A stretch of DNA of 64,000 nt from an uncultured bacterium. Lineage in GTDB: Bacteria; Muiribacteriota; CAYSPT01. The stretch covers positions 150,708 to 214,707 of the forward strand of contig CAZQHK010000001.1 of the NCBI GenBank assembly GCA_964593455.1, in the 5' to 3' direction. Shown piece after piece: positions 27,135-36,928 of this stretch. Each line of letters begins with the position of its first letter. The first letter of the stretch is position 1. Below the pieces are notes generated by a model. That model had not been told where the DNA came from. It saw nothing but the letters and a program-made list of their open reading frames with translations, and did no database searches. A program made the position numbers and the translations under genes.

Positions 27135-28127
27135 GTGCCGGAAGATATCAACGTTGTTGACCTGAAACGCTTCTCACATGATTTTAAAAAGGTTATCGGG
27201 TCATGGATTGTGCTGGTATTGATCATACTGGTACTGGTATTGGTTTCGACCTGTTTCTACTCAGTTGCTCCGGAAGAGGTCGGTGTTGTCCAACGATTTG
27301 GCAAATATCTCAGGACCACCAATCCGGGGCTCAGGTTTAAGCTGCCCTTCGGGATAGAGACGGTGAAGAAGGTGCGTGTAACCCGTGTGTTCAAAGAGGA
27401 ATTCGGCTTCAGGACAGCCAGATCGGGGGTTGTCAGCCAGTATATCTCCCATGGGGAAGAGATGAAATCAGAATCACAGATGCTCACTGGAGATCTCAAT
27501 GCTCTCGATGTCCAGTGGGTGGTTCAGTATCGTATCAGCGACCCGAAATTCTTTATTTTCAATATTTACAATCCCACGTCGATCGTACGAAAAACTTCGG
27601 AAGCTATGATGCGCCTGGTAGTGGGAAATCATTCCGTGGACGATGTGTTGACCGATAAACGGGCCGAGATCAGCGCCAAGGTGAAAGAAAAGCTACAAAA
27701 GGTGCTATCGAAGTACAAGTGCGGGCTTATGATAGATGAGGTCAGACTCAAGGATGTTACCCCTCCCCCCAAGGTAAAGCCGGCCTTCAACGAAGTCAAC
27801 CAGGCCAAGCAGGAGAAAGAGCGGATGATTAACGAGGCCTGGCAGTCTTACAACCGGGAAATACCTAAAGCCCGCGGTGAGGCGGAGAAGGTTATCCAGG
27901 AATCCCAGGGGTACGCCGTAGAGCGGATTAACAAAGCGCTTGGAGAAACAAAGCGTTTCTTGAATATCTACGAAGCGTACAAAAAAGCTCCCGATGTGAC
28001 CCGGCGCCGGCTCTATCTGGAAACTATGGTCACTGTTATGAGTCGAATACAAAGGAAAGTGATCATCGATCCGGCCTTGCAGAATCTCCTTCCGCTTCTC
28101 AACCTGGAAGGGGGGCGGATACGATGA
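27135..28127 (+). CDS. hflK: FtsH protease modulator HflK (SPFH/band-7)
   Basis: GTG 27135 lies 7 nt after AAAGGAGG. Single TM helix, SPFH domain and coiled coil. Followed by hflC with an ATGA overlap. Confidence 0.85.
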   Translation: MPEDINVVDLKRFSHDFKKVIGSWIVLVLIILVLVLVSTCFYSVAPEEVGVVQRFGKYLRTTNPGLRFKLPFGIETVKKVRVTRVFKEEFGFRTARSGVVSQYISHGEEMKSESQMLTGDLNALDVQWVVQYRISDPKFFIFNIYNPTSIVRKTSEAMMRLVVGNHSVDDVLTDKRAEISAKVKEKLQKVLSKYKCGLMIDEVRLKDVTPPPKVKPAFNEVNQAKQEKERMINEAWQSYNREIPKARGEAEKVIQESQGYAVERINKALGETKRFLNIYEAYKKAPDVTRRRLYLETMVTVMSRIQRKVIIDPALQNLLPLLNLEGGRIR

Positions 28128-29101
28128 AATCCCTTTTCCAGCTTACCGGGATAATTATTCTGATTGTTGTTATTGCCGTCGTTTCCGGAACCTTCTACGT
28201 TGTAGACGAAACTGAGCAGGTCATCATTACTCAGTTTGGAGAACCGGTTGGCGAGCCAATCACCGCTGCCGGCCTCCATCTCAAAATACCCTTGATTCAA
28301 CAGGTAAACGTGTTCGATAAACGGCTTCTTGACTGGGACGGGAAAGCAAACGAAATTCCCACCAGGGATAAGAAACTTATCATAGTCGACACCAATGCCC
28401 GATGGAAGATTGTCGACCCCCTTCTGTTTCTCCAGTCGGTGGGAGATCTTCGAACGGCCCAGGCGCGCCTTGATGACATCATCGATTCCGTTACCAGGGA
28501 CCTGGTCAGCAGCCACCAGTTGGTGGAGGTGGTCAGAAACTCCAACGAACTCCTCGATCGGATCGAGGAGCGGAAAGAGAAGCGGGAAAAGGATGAAAAC
28601 ACGGAATTTACCGGTAGTCAGGAAGTGTTGGAGCGGATCAAAGATGGTCGAGAGAAACTTACCGCCGACATTCTTGAAGGCTGCCAGAAAATTGTACGGG
28701 ACGGGTTTGGACTCGAACTGGTTGACGTTAAAATAAAACGGATTATTTATGTCCAGGAGGTGTTGGTGAAGGTTTACGACCGGATGGTATCCGAGAGGAA
28801 ACGGGCGGCGGAGCAGTACCGTTCCGAGGGGCAGGGAAAGAAGGCCGAAATCGAGGGCCGGATGAGCAAAGATTTGAAGGAAATCACGTCTGAAGCCTAT
28901 CGGGAGGCGGAAGGAATTAAGGGTGAAGCCGACGCCAAGGTGACCAAAATCTACGCTGACGCCTACGGTAAAGACGCTGAATTCTACCGGTATTTCAAAA
29001 CCCTGGAGACCTACGCGCAGACGCTGGATAACAATGTGATGTTGCTTCTCAGCACTGACAACGACTATCTCAAGCTTCTCCAGTCAGCTACGGATCAGTA
29101 A
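28124..29101 (+). CDS. hflC: FtsH protease modulator HflC (SPFH/band-7)
   Basis: 325 aa with an N-terminal TM helix and SPFH domain. Translationally coupled to hflK. Confidence 0.8.
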   Translation: MKSLFQLTGIIILIVVIAVVSGTFYVVDETEQVIITQFGEPVGEPITAAGLHLKIPLIQQVNVFDKRLLDWDGKANEIPTRDKKLIIVDTNARWKIVDPLLFLQSVGDLRTAQARLDDIIDSVTRDLVSSHQLVEVVRNSNELLDRIEERKEKREKDENTEFTGSQEVLERIKDGREKLTADILEGCQKIVRDGFGLELVDVKIKRIIYVQEVLVKVYDRMVSERKRAAEQYRSEGQGKKAEIEGRMSKDLKEITSEAYREAEGIKGEADAKVTKIYADAYGKDAEFYRYFKTLETYAQTLDNNVMLLLSTDNDYLKLLQSATDQ

Positions 29102-29129
29102 TGGCATGTGAGTAAGGTAGGCGAAGAAG

Positions 29130-30092
29130 GTGGATTACACAGAGATTGCTAAACGAGTTCTTCGTATCGAGTCTGAAGCCGTCAAACGGCTGATTGGCCG
29201 GGTTGATGATAGTTTTAATCAGGCAGTGGAAACCATCTATGGGTGTTCCGGCCGAGTGATCATTACCGGAATGGGTAAATCGGGCAATATAGCCAACAAA
29301 ATAGCGGCTACCTTCAGGAGTACCGGTACACCGGCGGGATTTCTTCATCCGGCGGAGGCCATTCATGGTGATCTGGGCATGTTCGCCGGTGGCGATGTGT
29401 TGGTGGCCATTTCCAACAGCGGAGGGCAGAAGGAACTCACTCTCATGGTTCCCTATGTCAAACGGCTGGGTGGTAAAGTGCTGACGCTCACCGGGAATAC
29501 CGCTTCAGACCTGGCCCGTCTCAGTGACGTGGTCCTGGATGTGAGTGTTGAAGAAGAGGCCTGTCCGTTGGGGCTGGCGCCGACGGCTTCCACCACCGCC
29601 TGTCTGGCTATGGGGGATGCCCTGGCTGTAGCGCTGCTGGAGAAACGGGGTTTTACCCGGAATGATTTTGCCTGTCTCCATCCGTCGGGTACCCTGGGCA
29701 GGCGGTTATTGATCAGGGTGTCACATCTAATGCACACCGGGGATGAAATCCCTGTTGTGCATAAAAACCAGGTAATGCGTGAGATTATCCTGGAGATGAC
29801 GAGTAAGAAACTCGGCGCGACAACGGTGGTTGATGGTCACGGAAAGCTGACGGGTATATTCACCGATGGCGATCTTCGACGCCTGGTGGAACACAGCCTT
29901 GATTTTCTCGATACTTCCGTGAGTGAAACAATGGCTGGGAACCCGAAACGAATTGACAGCGATTGTTTGGCTGAAGAAGCACTTCAGATGATGGAATCGT
30001 GGAAAGTAACCTGTCTCCCGGTAGTTGACGATGAAGAGCGGGTCATCGGCATTATTCACCTTCACGATATTCTGCAGGCAAAGATTCGGTAA
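29130..30092 (+). CDS. kdsD: Arabinose-5-phosphate isomerase KdsD/GutQ family (SIS + tandem CBS)
   Basis: SIS domain (VIITGMGKSGNIANKIAATF). Two C-terminal CBS domains. Confidence 0.9.
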   Translation: MDYTEIAKRVLRIESEAVKRLIGRVDDSFNQAVETIYGCSGRVIITGMGKSGNIANKIAATFRSTGTPAGFLHPAEAIHGDLGMFAGGDVLVAISNSGGQKELTLMVPYVKRLGGKVLTLTGNTASDLARLSDVVLDVSVEEEACPLGLAPTASTTACLAMGDALAVALLEKRGFTRNDFACLHPSGTLGRRLLIRVSHLMHTGDEIPVVHKNQVMREIILEMTSKKLGATTVVDGHGKLTGIFTDGDLRRLVEHSLDFLDTSVSETMAGNPKRIDSDCLAEEALQMMESWKVTCLPVVDDEERVIGIIHLHDILQAKIR

Positions 30093-30122
30093 GGGTGAGG
30101 TTGGTCCGGGAGGTGGGCAACA

Positions 30123-30662
30123 GTGAGCACGGGTGATGCAGTTGATCTAAATAGACGTCTGGCCGAGGTCAAGCTGCTGGTCCTCGATGTGGATGGTGTG
30201 CTGACTGACGGAACACTGTACCTGGATAATCAAGGAAATGAATTCAAACGGTTCAGTGTCAGGGATGGATTGGGCCTGGTGCTGGCCATGAGGGCCGGTC
30301 TCGAAGTCGCAGTCATCTCGGGCCGGATCAGCAAAGCTCTCAGCTCGCGTATGAAGGAGTTGGGAGTCAAACGGATATACCAGGGAATTTTTAACAAGAA
30401 AGAAATTTTCACGAAACTCCTCTCCGAGACCGGATTCAAACGTGAAGAGACGGCGGTAATCGGCGATGATCTTCCCGATCTGCCGCTGCTGATCATGGCT
30501 GGAGTGAGCGTTACGGTACCCGAAGCGGCTGATGAAGTAAAAGAACAAGCCGATATCGTGACCAGGACGCCGGGTGGATACGGTGCGGTTCGAGAACTGG
30601 TGGAGATGATTCTCAAAGCCTCCGGTCAATGGAATGATTGCGTAAGGAGCTGGACGGGTTGA
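30123..30662 (+). CDS. kdsC: 3-deoxy-D-manno-octulosonate-8-phosphate phosphatase KdsC (HAD)
   Basis: HAD motif I DVDGVLTDG. Motif IV GDDLPD. GTG start 7 nt after GGAGGTG. Confidence 0.85.
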   Translation: MSTGDAVDLNRRLAEVKLLVLDVDGVLTDGTLYLDNQGNEFKRFSVRDGLGLVLAMRAGLEVAVISGRISKALSSRMKELGVKRIYQGIFNKKEIFTKLLSETGFKREETAVIGDDLPDLPLLIMAGVSVTVPEAADEVKEQADIVTRTPGGYGAVRELVEMILKASGQWNDCVRSWTG

Positions 30663-31198
30663 CCCGGAGATTTTACCTGACGGCGCTTTCAGCGATACTG
30701 CTCCTGGGTTTCGGTGTTTGGTGGATTAAAGGCGGGCAGAAAGAGAGCCGTTGGCTGAATATCTTCCCTGAGGCCAACGACAATGCCATCGTGGCCACGG
30801 AAGTGATATTCAGGCAGGGCAATGATAGCATGAAGTCTCGTATCTGCGTCCGGAATGAGGACACGGGCAAGCTGGTGCTCAAAGAGGTTTTCGTGTCGTT
30901 TTTGAATGAACAAGGTGTGCACTATACACTGGTCTCCGATGAAGCCGAGCAGGAGGAGAAGACGGAAGTCATCGAGTTTCGTGGAAACGTCGTGTTGACA
31001 TCTGATGACGGGAAAAAGATGTTTACCGAACAACTCTTCTACCGGCGCAAGGAAGGAATCGTCAGGTGCCCCGGGTTGGTCAAGATTGTTGAGAGTGGAA
31101 CGGTAACCACCGGTGATGAATTTTTCATGGATCTGAAACGCAACCAGTCGCAAATACGTGGCCATGTTCGGATCCTGGTACAGATGGGATCGAGTTAG
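30659..31198 (+). CDS. lptC: LPS export system protein LptC-like (membrane-anchored)
   Basis: TTG 30659 lies 9 nt after AAGGAG, overlapping the kdsC stop (TTGA). N-terminal TM helix then a beta-rich periplasmic domain. Followed by lptA-like and lptB. Confidence 0.55.
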   Translation: MTRRFYLTALSAILLLGFGVWWIKGGQKESRWLNIFPEANDNAIVATEVIFRQGNDSMKSRICVRNEDTGKLVLKEVFVSFLNEQGVHYTLVSDEAEQEEKTEVIEFRGNVVLTSDDGKKMFTEQLFYRRKEGIVRCPGLVKIVESGTVTTGDEFFMDLKRNQSQIRGHVRILVQMGSS

Positions 31199-31287
31199 TC
31201 CGGATGATACACCATTTTTCGTTACGGGACCCGCAAGCAGCAACAGATTGGTTGCTGGATTATCCAGACGGTAAAGGGGAGGCCGCG

Positions 31288-32340
31288 ATGAAGTATTGTC
31301 CCAGGAAAATAATCCAGATACAACTGATAACCGCAACGGTTATGCTGATCGTATCCCTGGCTTTTCCCGGCTTGGCTGAAGATGGGCAACATCCTCCCAC
31401 AGATGAACCAATGGTTATCAGGGGGAAAGTGATGTTCTTCAACGCCGACGGGAGCCGGTCCATTAAAGGTGACCTGGTCATCGTCAACGGTGGCTCAAAA
31501 ATCACGGCTAAAGAGGGAGAGTACAACCAGGAAAAGGCTACAGCCGTAGCCAAAGGAAGTGTCAGAGTAACGGAACCGGGTGCCGATCTGACCTGCGGAG
31601 AACTCAAGGCTTTTCTGAATGAAAACCGAAACGTAGCCATGGGGAATCCTATTCTCACGAGAATAACCGATTATCAGCAGGAAAATGGAAATATAAAGAG
31701 GTCTAAGGTTGTCTTGAAAGCTGAAGTTATTGAAATTCTCGATGGCCGGAAACTTATCAGGGCCACCGATCGCGTGCGTCTTACCCAGGAGGATATAACG
31801 TTGGACCGGGATGGTTTGCTGGTGGAAGGAGGCAGCGAGTCTTCCATGGTGGTGTGCGAATTCATGGAGATTTTCGATGACGGCAGCAAGATGGTGGCGA
31901 AGGGTGGGGTCGAAGTTAGAAGCGCCGACTTTATCGCAACCGGAGAGCGGGCTGAGTTCTATGATTCCGACCAACGGATGGAGATCTATGGGGCAGAGCG
32001 TGGTGATACGGCAAAAGCCTGGCAGAGCGTTGAAAAAGGTGAGTTCGCTGAAGTAACCAGGGGAGAAGTGAGGGGACGCGGGCATCGTATCATTTACCAC
32101 GGACGAGACGAGATCCTCAATATTATCGGAGGGGCCAGAACATGGCGAAAAGGCGAAAGAAATTTCGTTGAAGGCGAGAAAATAATTCACTATGTTAAGG
32201 ATAGCAGGACGGTGGTGCTGGGCGGGGAAGGACTCTATTATTCAGCTCCGGAAGAGGAATCGCAGGAGGCAGGAGAGGAATCGCCCACCGGTATAACCGG
32301 AGAAGAAAGAGAGTTTGATGATCTGGATATTTATCGCTGA
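31288..32340 (+). CDS. lptA: LptA/OstA-N family periplasmic LPS transport protein with acidic C-terminal tail
   Basis: ATG 31288 after AAAGGGGAGG. Signal peptide, then OstA-N-like beta-jellyroll repeats (GDLVIVNGGSKITAKEGEY..., KGGVEVRSADFIATGERAEFY). Ends in an E-rich tail. Confidence 0.55.
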   Translation: MKYCPRKIIQIQLITATVMLIVSLAFPGLAEDGQHPPTDEPMVIRGKVMFFNADGSRSIKGDLVIVNGGSKITAKEGEYNQEKATAVAKGSVRVTEPGADLTCGELKAFLNENRNVAMGNPILTRITDYQQENGNIKRSKVVLKAEVIEILDGRKLIRATDRVRLTQEDITLDRDGLLVEGGSESSMVVCEFMEIFDDGSKMVAKGGVEVRSADFIATGERAEFYDSDQRMEIYGAERGDTAKAWQSVEKGEFAEVTRGEVRGRGHRIIYHGRDEILNIIGGARTWRKGERNFVEGEKIIHYVKDSRTVVLGGEGLYYSAPEEESQEAGEESPTGITGEEREFDDLDIYR

Positions 32341-32411
32341 ACGACCTTGGTAGTAAGGGTATCGCGGTGAGGCTAATAAACTATCCGGATTAAAGAGTTG
32401 GAGTTTTATGC

Positions 32412-33134
32412 ATGGAGTCCCTTGCTGTTGAGCACGTTTTTAAAAAATATGGAAACCGTCATGTTGTCAACGGTGTAAATCTTGAGGTCAAGCGTGGCGA
32501 GGTGGTGGGTCTGCTCGGTCCTAACGGAGCGGGTAAAACCACCACTTTCTATATGATGGTCGGCCTGATTCAGCCTGACTCCGGCCGGGTGCTCCTGAAC
32601 GCCCAGGATATCACTCGACAGCCCATGTTCGAGCGGGCAAAGAACAGTATCGGTTATCTTCCCCAAGAACCTTCGGTATTCAGGAAATTAACTGTCGAAC
32701 AGAATGTAATGGCCATATTGGAGTTTATCGAGCCGGACAAAAAGAAACGGAAAGAACGGCTGGAAGAACTGCTGGAAGAGTTGAGGATAACCAAAATAGC
32801 CAAAACACTCGGGGAAAGTCTCTCGGGTGGGGAGCGCCGCCGAGTGGAAATCGTACGTTCTCTGGCTACAAAACCGCGTTTTATTCTTCTCGATGAACCC
32901 TTCGCCGGTGTTGATCCCATCGCGGTCAACGACATCCAGATGATCATCTCCATGCTCAAAAGCAAGAACCTCGGAGTATTAATTACCGATCATAATGTGC
33001 GGGAGACCTTGAATATCACCGATCGTGCATACATTATGAATGACGGTAAGATTCTTGTTTCCGGTGATCGTCATTTCATCTCGGAGAGCGAGGTTGCCAG
33101 GAAGATCTACCTTGGCGAGAAATTCACCCTGTAG
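32412..33134 (+). CDS. lptB: LPS export ABC transporter ATP-binding protein LptB
   Basis: Walker A GPNGAGKTT. Signature LSGGERRRVEI. Walker B ILLDEP. 240 aa. Confidence 0.85.
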   Translation: MESLAVEHVFKKYGNRHVVNGVNLEVKRGEVVGLLGPNGAGKTTTFYMMVGLIQPDSGRVLLNAQDITRQPMFERAKNSIGYLPQEPSVFRKLTVEQNVMAILEFIEPDKKKRKERLEELLEELRITKIAKTLGESLSGGERRRVEIVRSLATKPRFILLDEPFAGVDPIAVNDIQMIISMLKSKNLGVLITDHNVRETLNITDRAYIMNDGKILVSGDRHFISESEVARKIYLGEKFTL

Positions 33135-33161
33135 CGTGATATTTGGAGGTAATCTGGTTCC

Positions 33162-34598
33162 ATGATAAATATTCTCGGTTTGATGTTACTGGCCGGGCTG
33201 GTTGCCTATGTCAGTGATGTTCTTGGACGTAAAATGGGACGTAAGCGCCTGACTATTTTGCATCTCAGACCGAGGACCACAGCAACTTTGGGAACAGTAA
33301 TAACCGGTATGTTTATCACCGTTGTCACTATCATTGCGTTTGCGTTTCTCAACGAAAACGTCTATGACGCATTATTCAAAGTTGAGAAACTAAAGTTTGA
33401 AATATCCAGTTTGCAACGGAAGACAGCCGGGCTCGAGAATGAGAAACGAGAACTTGAAGCCGGGGTAAAGGGCCTCACCGAAGTAAAAGAATATTTGACC
33501 AAAAAAATCCAGCAGTATAAGGATGAGCGCGAAGAGCTCCTGAGTCAGGTTGATGGTTTGCGGCATCGGTTATCGGAGTTGGAAGCTAAGCTGATTCAAC
33601 GCGAAGAAGAATACGCTAAACTCAAGGGAACGAACCAGACTCTTAAAAATTCCATCGATGAGCTCATGGATCGGGTCCGCGAACTTTCAGATGAACGGGA
33701 CCGCCGTATCGGGGAGATGCAACAACTGAAAAACGATATCAAGTCGAAGGAACGGGCATCTCTTGTTTTTCGTGCCGGCGCTCCGATCGTGGAACGGATT
33801 GTCATGCCCAAGAATGGACATGACCAGGCGCTCCAGCAAACGAAGGAAATTCTCATGGAGGTTCATGCCATGGCCCAGGAACGGGAGGTGGAGGTCCGTG
33901 ATTTCCCGGAGTTCTGGCGTGACAACAAAGATATTTTCACTTCTCTTGCAGATAAACTATCGGAAGAATATGCTCTTTCCAGGACCAATATCGTGGTTGG
34001 TGTCATCAGCGCCGAGAACATATTTAAAGGTGAGCAGCTGGTTGTAGAGATCAAATGGCTTCTCAATGAACTGCTTTTCGAAAAGGGGACAGTGCTCACA
34101 ACATTTAGAGTTGATGCAGAAAAGAGCCGTGAAGCTATCGCTTCCATGGTAGAGTACCAGATCGATATCCTGGGAGAAAAGACTTATAACAAGGGGAGGT
34201 TGAGTGCTGCTCTAACCATTGACCCACTGGTGATCTACGATGCTGTCAACGCTATCCATAAGGCGGGTAGCGCCGTTGATGTCAGGGTGTTTGCAGGCGA
34301 GAGTATTCACGTTTCCGGACCGTTTGAGATTCGGATCGAGATTGAACCGGTCAAAGAGACGCTCTTCATCGCTCCAATAGGTGAAACCGTCGAAGTGGAA
34401 TGGCTGCCGGCCGGGACCACGGCTGAGATCATTGAGGCGGTTGGTTCCAGTCTTGAATTTTCACCCCTCACTCCTGTTTCCATAGAGCATTTTAGTGCTG
34501 AAACCGTATCGCAACCGGAAAACTCTTCTCTCTCCCGGGAATCATTTGCACTTACCGGTGCGAGCGAATCGCTTCTCAGGAAGGACGGGTCCCCTTGA
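33162..34598 (+). CDS. DUF3084-like membrane-anchored coiled-coil protein
   Basis: N-terminus MINILGLMLLAGLVAYVSDVLGRKMGRKRLTILHLRPRTTA matches my recollection of the DUF3084 N-terminal motif. A long coiled coil follows (residues ~70-200), then a globular C-terminal domain. Confidence 0.5.
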   Translation: MINILGLMLLAGLVAYVSDVLGRKMGRKRLTILHLRPRTTATLGTVITGMFITVVTIIAFAFLNENVYDALFKVEKLKFEISSLQRKTAGLENEKRELEAGVKGLTEVKEYLTKKIQQYKDEREELLSQVDGLRHRLSELEAKLIQREEEYAKLKGTNQTLKNSIDELMDRVRELSDERDRRIGEMQQLKNDIKSKERASLVFRAGAPIVERIVMPKNGHDQALQQTKEILMEVHAMAQEREVEVRDFPEFWRDNKDIFTSLADKLSEEYALSRTNIVVGVISAENIFKGEQLVVEIKWLLNELLFEKGTVLTTFRVDAEKSREAIASMVEYQIDILGEKTYNKGRLSAALTIDPLVIYDAVNAIHKAGSAVDVRVFAGESIHVSGPFEIRIEIEPVKETLFIAPIGETVEVEWLPAGTTAEIIEAVGSSLEFSPLTPVSIEHFSAETVSQPENSSLSRESFALTGASESLLRKDGSP

Positions 34599-35683
34599 AA
34601 ACATCTGGATTGCTGAATTTTCTCCAGGGGACAATGACTCTCAAAGTTGTGGGTATGTTCACTATCGCCTTTGTTTCTACAGTGGTTTTGACCCCTCTTC
34701 TCCGGCGTCTCGCGCTCAAGTGGGGAGTATTCGATCACCCCAATGTCCGCAAGATACATTCCAGGCCGGTACCGTATTTAGGCGGCGTTGCCATGTTCCT
34801 CGGCTTCTTTTTGGCCCTTGGTTTGCTTGCCAAGTGGAATACTCACCTGGTGGGATTTGCCATCGGAGCAACGATCATGCTGATCATCGGTATGATTGAC
34901 GATATGATCGATGTCTCACCCAAGTTCAAACTGCTCGGCCAGACCGTGGCCGCTTTGGTGCTGATAGCTTCCGGGGTAAGTATCGCATATGTGTCTGACT
35001 TCATTCATGGCAGTGGTGTAATCTATCTCGGATTCTGGGCTGTTCCATTGACGGTAATCTGGCTGGTAGGAATTACCAATACTGTTAATCTCATTGATGG
35101 ATTGGACGGTTTGGCTGCGGGTGTGTCGGTGATTGCGTCAGTGACATTTCTGATCGTGGGAATCATAGATAACCAGGTCCCGCCGATACTCCTTCTCACT
35201 GCGGGTTTGGCTGGAGTTTCAGGGGCGTTTTTATTTTACAACTTTTATCCGGCGGTGATCTTTATGGGAGATTCCGGCAGCTTATTCCTTGGATTCTCAC
35301 TGGCTACGGTAGGGGTTATGGGAGCGCTTAAAGGCACAACTATCGCCACTCTCGTAATACCCGTTCTGGCCCTGGGAGTTCCCATTTATGATACCGTGCT
35401 GGCCATTTTCAGACGGGGTATAGCCGACGAACAGGTTTTTAAGCCCGACAAAGAGCATTTTCACCACCGGATGCTTGCCCTGGGATTTTCACACCGGCAA
35501 ACGGTTGTTATTATATACGGGATAAGTAGTTTACTCGGGATCTGCGCCATCGCCTTATCAAAGATAAGCGATGCTAGAAGTCTGATTGTATTGACATTTA
35601 TTGGCGTGCTATTTATCATTGGAACTGGTCAGATAGCTCGTCGGCTCAAATCTCGACACGAACATACTGAGAGAAACTCATGA
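34595..35683 (+). CDS. MraY/WecA-family polyprenyl-phosphate N-acetylhexosamine-1-phosphate transferase (GT4 family)
   Basis: Ten or more TM helices. Conserved NLIDGLDGLA and FMGDSGS motifs typical of WecA/TagO/MraY. TTG start (alternative ATG 34634). Confidence 0.8.
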   Translation: MKTSGLLNFLQGTMTLKVVGMFTIAFVSTVVLTPLLRRLALKWGVFDHPNVRKIHSRPVPYLGGVAMFLGFFLALGLLAKWNTHLVGFAIGATIMLIIGMIDDMIDVSPKFKLLGQTVAALVLIASGVSIAYVSDFIHGSGVIYLGFWAVPLTVIWLVGITNTVNLIDGLDGLAAGVSVIASVTFLIVGIIDNQVPPILLLTAGLAGVSGAFLFYNFYPAVIFMGDSGSLFLGFSLATVGVMGALKGTTIATLVIPVLALGVPIYDTVLAIFRRGIADEQVFKPDKEHFHHRMLALGFSHRQTVVIIYGISSLLGICAIALSKISDARSLIVLTFIGVLFIIGTGQIARRLKSRHEHTERNS

Positions 35684-35692
35684 ATTCCAGAG

Positions 35693-36928
35693 GTGAGATT
35701 GTTGCCTGATTACTCCCGGAGTGAAATCCCGGATGAAGTGCCGTCTTCCGATAGTGATCTGAAGACGCTTCATGAACGGCTGGCAGCCGCGTCTCGCCGC
35801 GGCCGTCTTTCTCATGCTTATTTGTTGGTAGGACCAACAAACAAGCTTGATCTGGCGTTGTTTATGGCTCAAACACAATGTTGTAAGCGGGATGAATCGT
35901 TCCCCTGTGGGACGTGCCTACCCTGTCGCCGGGTTTTGAGTTACAGCCATCTCGATGTAATGGTACTGTTTTGGGAACAGGTCAGGGCTCAGATCAATCA
36001 GGTACGGGAGATACAGGCTGAAGCGTCTCTGGCGCCCCGTGAAGGTCGTCGACGGGTCTATGTTATTGTGGATGCCCATCTGATGAACCAGGAATCAGCC
36101 AACTGCCTGCTCAAGATCCTGGAAGAATCGCCGGAACACGCGATGTTCATCCTGTTGGCCACCAATGTATTTTCACTCATGCCGACGATAGTCTCCCGGT
36201 GCCAAAAAATTTATGTACCGGCTCGGAATAAAGAGTTTAGCATTGGGTTTGAATGGTCAAACGACATGAAAATTATTGCAGAGGCTTTGGTCGAGGAACG
36301 GCGCGAGGTGATAGAGTCGCTTCGAGAACAATGGCCGATTGGTCTCGGAAAACTAGAAGGGATAGCAGGCAGCGCTCGAGAAAGGCGAATAGAGAAACAA
36401 CAGAAGATTTTTGGGGGTTTATTCTCCAGCATGGGCCGGCAAAATGTCTTTACATTGGTGTGCTGGGCAGAAAAACTTTCCGTGCTCTTGGCTGAACACG
36501 GAAAGTTCACCTATGCACTCAGGGACTGGGAAGCGGTCAATGAAGAGCTCCAGCGCGAGGATCGAAAAGTGGAGGAACTGATAGTTGCAATATCGCGGAG
36601 AGCGATTGAAAAAAAAGACAAGAAGAGAACTCAAAAAAAATCAAAAAGCAAAAAAACGGTTGGGAAAAGTGGAGCCGGTATTTGCCAGCGGCGTGAAGTG
36701 GAGGAACTGCTGCGGTTTTCCGGCCGGGTGGTTGACGAGATGGTATCTGCCGGAGCTCTTCCTCATGATCGACTTCGTGCCTGGGTTGATTTCTTTACCG
36801 AAACAAGAGAGTGGGTTTTTATGAACCTGGATCCGACTATCCTGCTGGAAACTGCGTTTTTCAGACTATCCCGGATTTTTTCCGGAATTGCAATAGTCCA
36901 TTCGGATGTAAAGTTGGCAGAGTTATGA
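35693..36928 (+). CDS. holB: DNA polymerase III delta-prime-like AAA+ protein (HolB family) with long K-rich C-terminal extension
   Basis: N-terminal clamp-loader fold (LSHAYLLVGP, zinc module CGTCLPCRRV, SRC-like SRCQ). The C-terminal ~150 aa is lysine-rich (KKDKKRTQKKSKSKK). Confidence 0.65.
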   Translation: MRLLPDYSRSEIPDEVPSSDSDLKTLHERLAAASRRGRLSHAYLLVGPTNKLDLALFMAQTQCCKRDESFPCGTCLPCRRVLSYSHLDVMVLFWEQVRAQINQVREIQAEASLAPREGRRRVYVIVDAHLMNQESANCLLKILEESPEHAMFILLATNVFSLMPTIVSRCQKIYVPARNKEFSIGFEWSNDMKIIAEALVEERREVIESLREQWPIGLGKLEGIAGSARERRIEKQQKIFGGLFSSMGRQNVFTLVCWAEKLSVLLAEHGKFTYALRDWEAVNEELQREDRKVEELIVAISRRAIEKKDKKRTQKKSKSKKTVGKSGAGICQRREVEELLRFSGRVVDEMVSAGALPHDRLRAWVDFFTETREWVFMNLDPTILLETAFFRLSRIFSGIAIVHSDVKLAEL

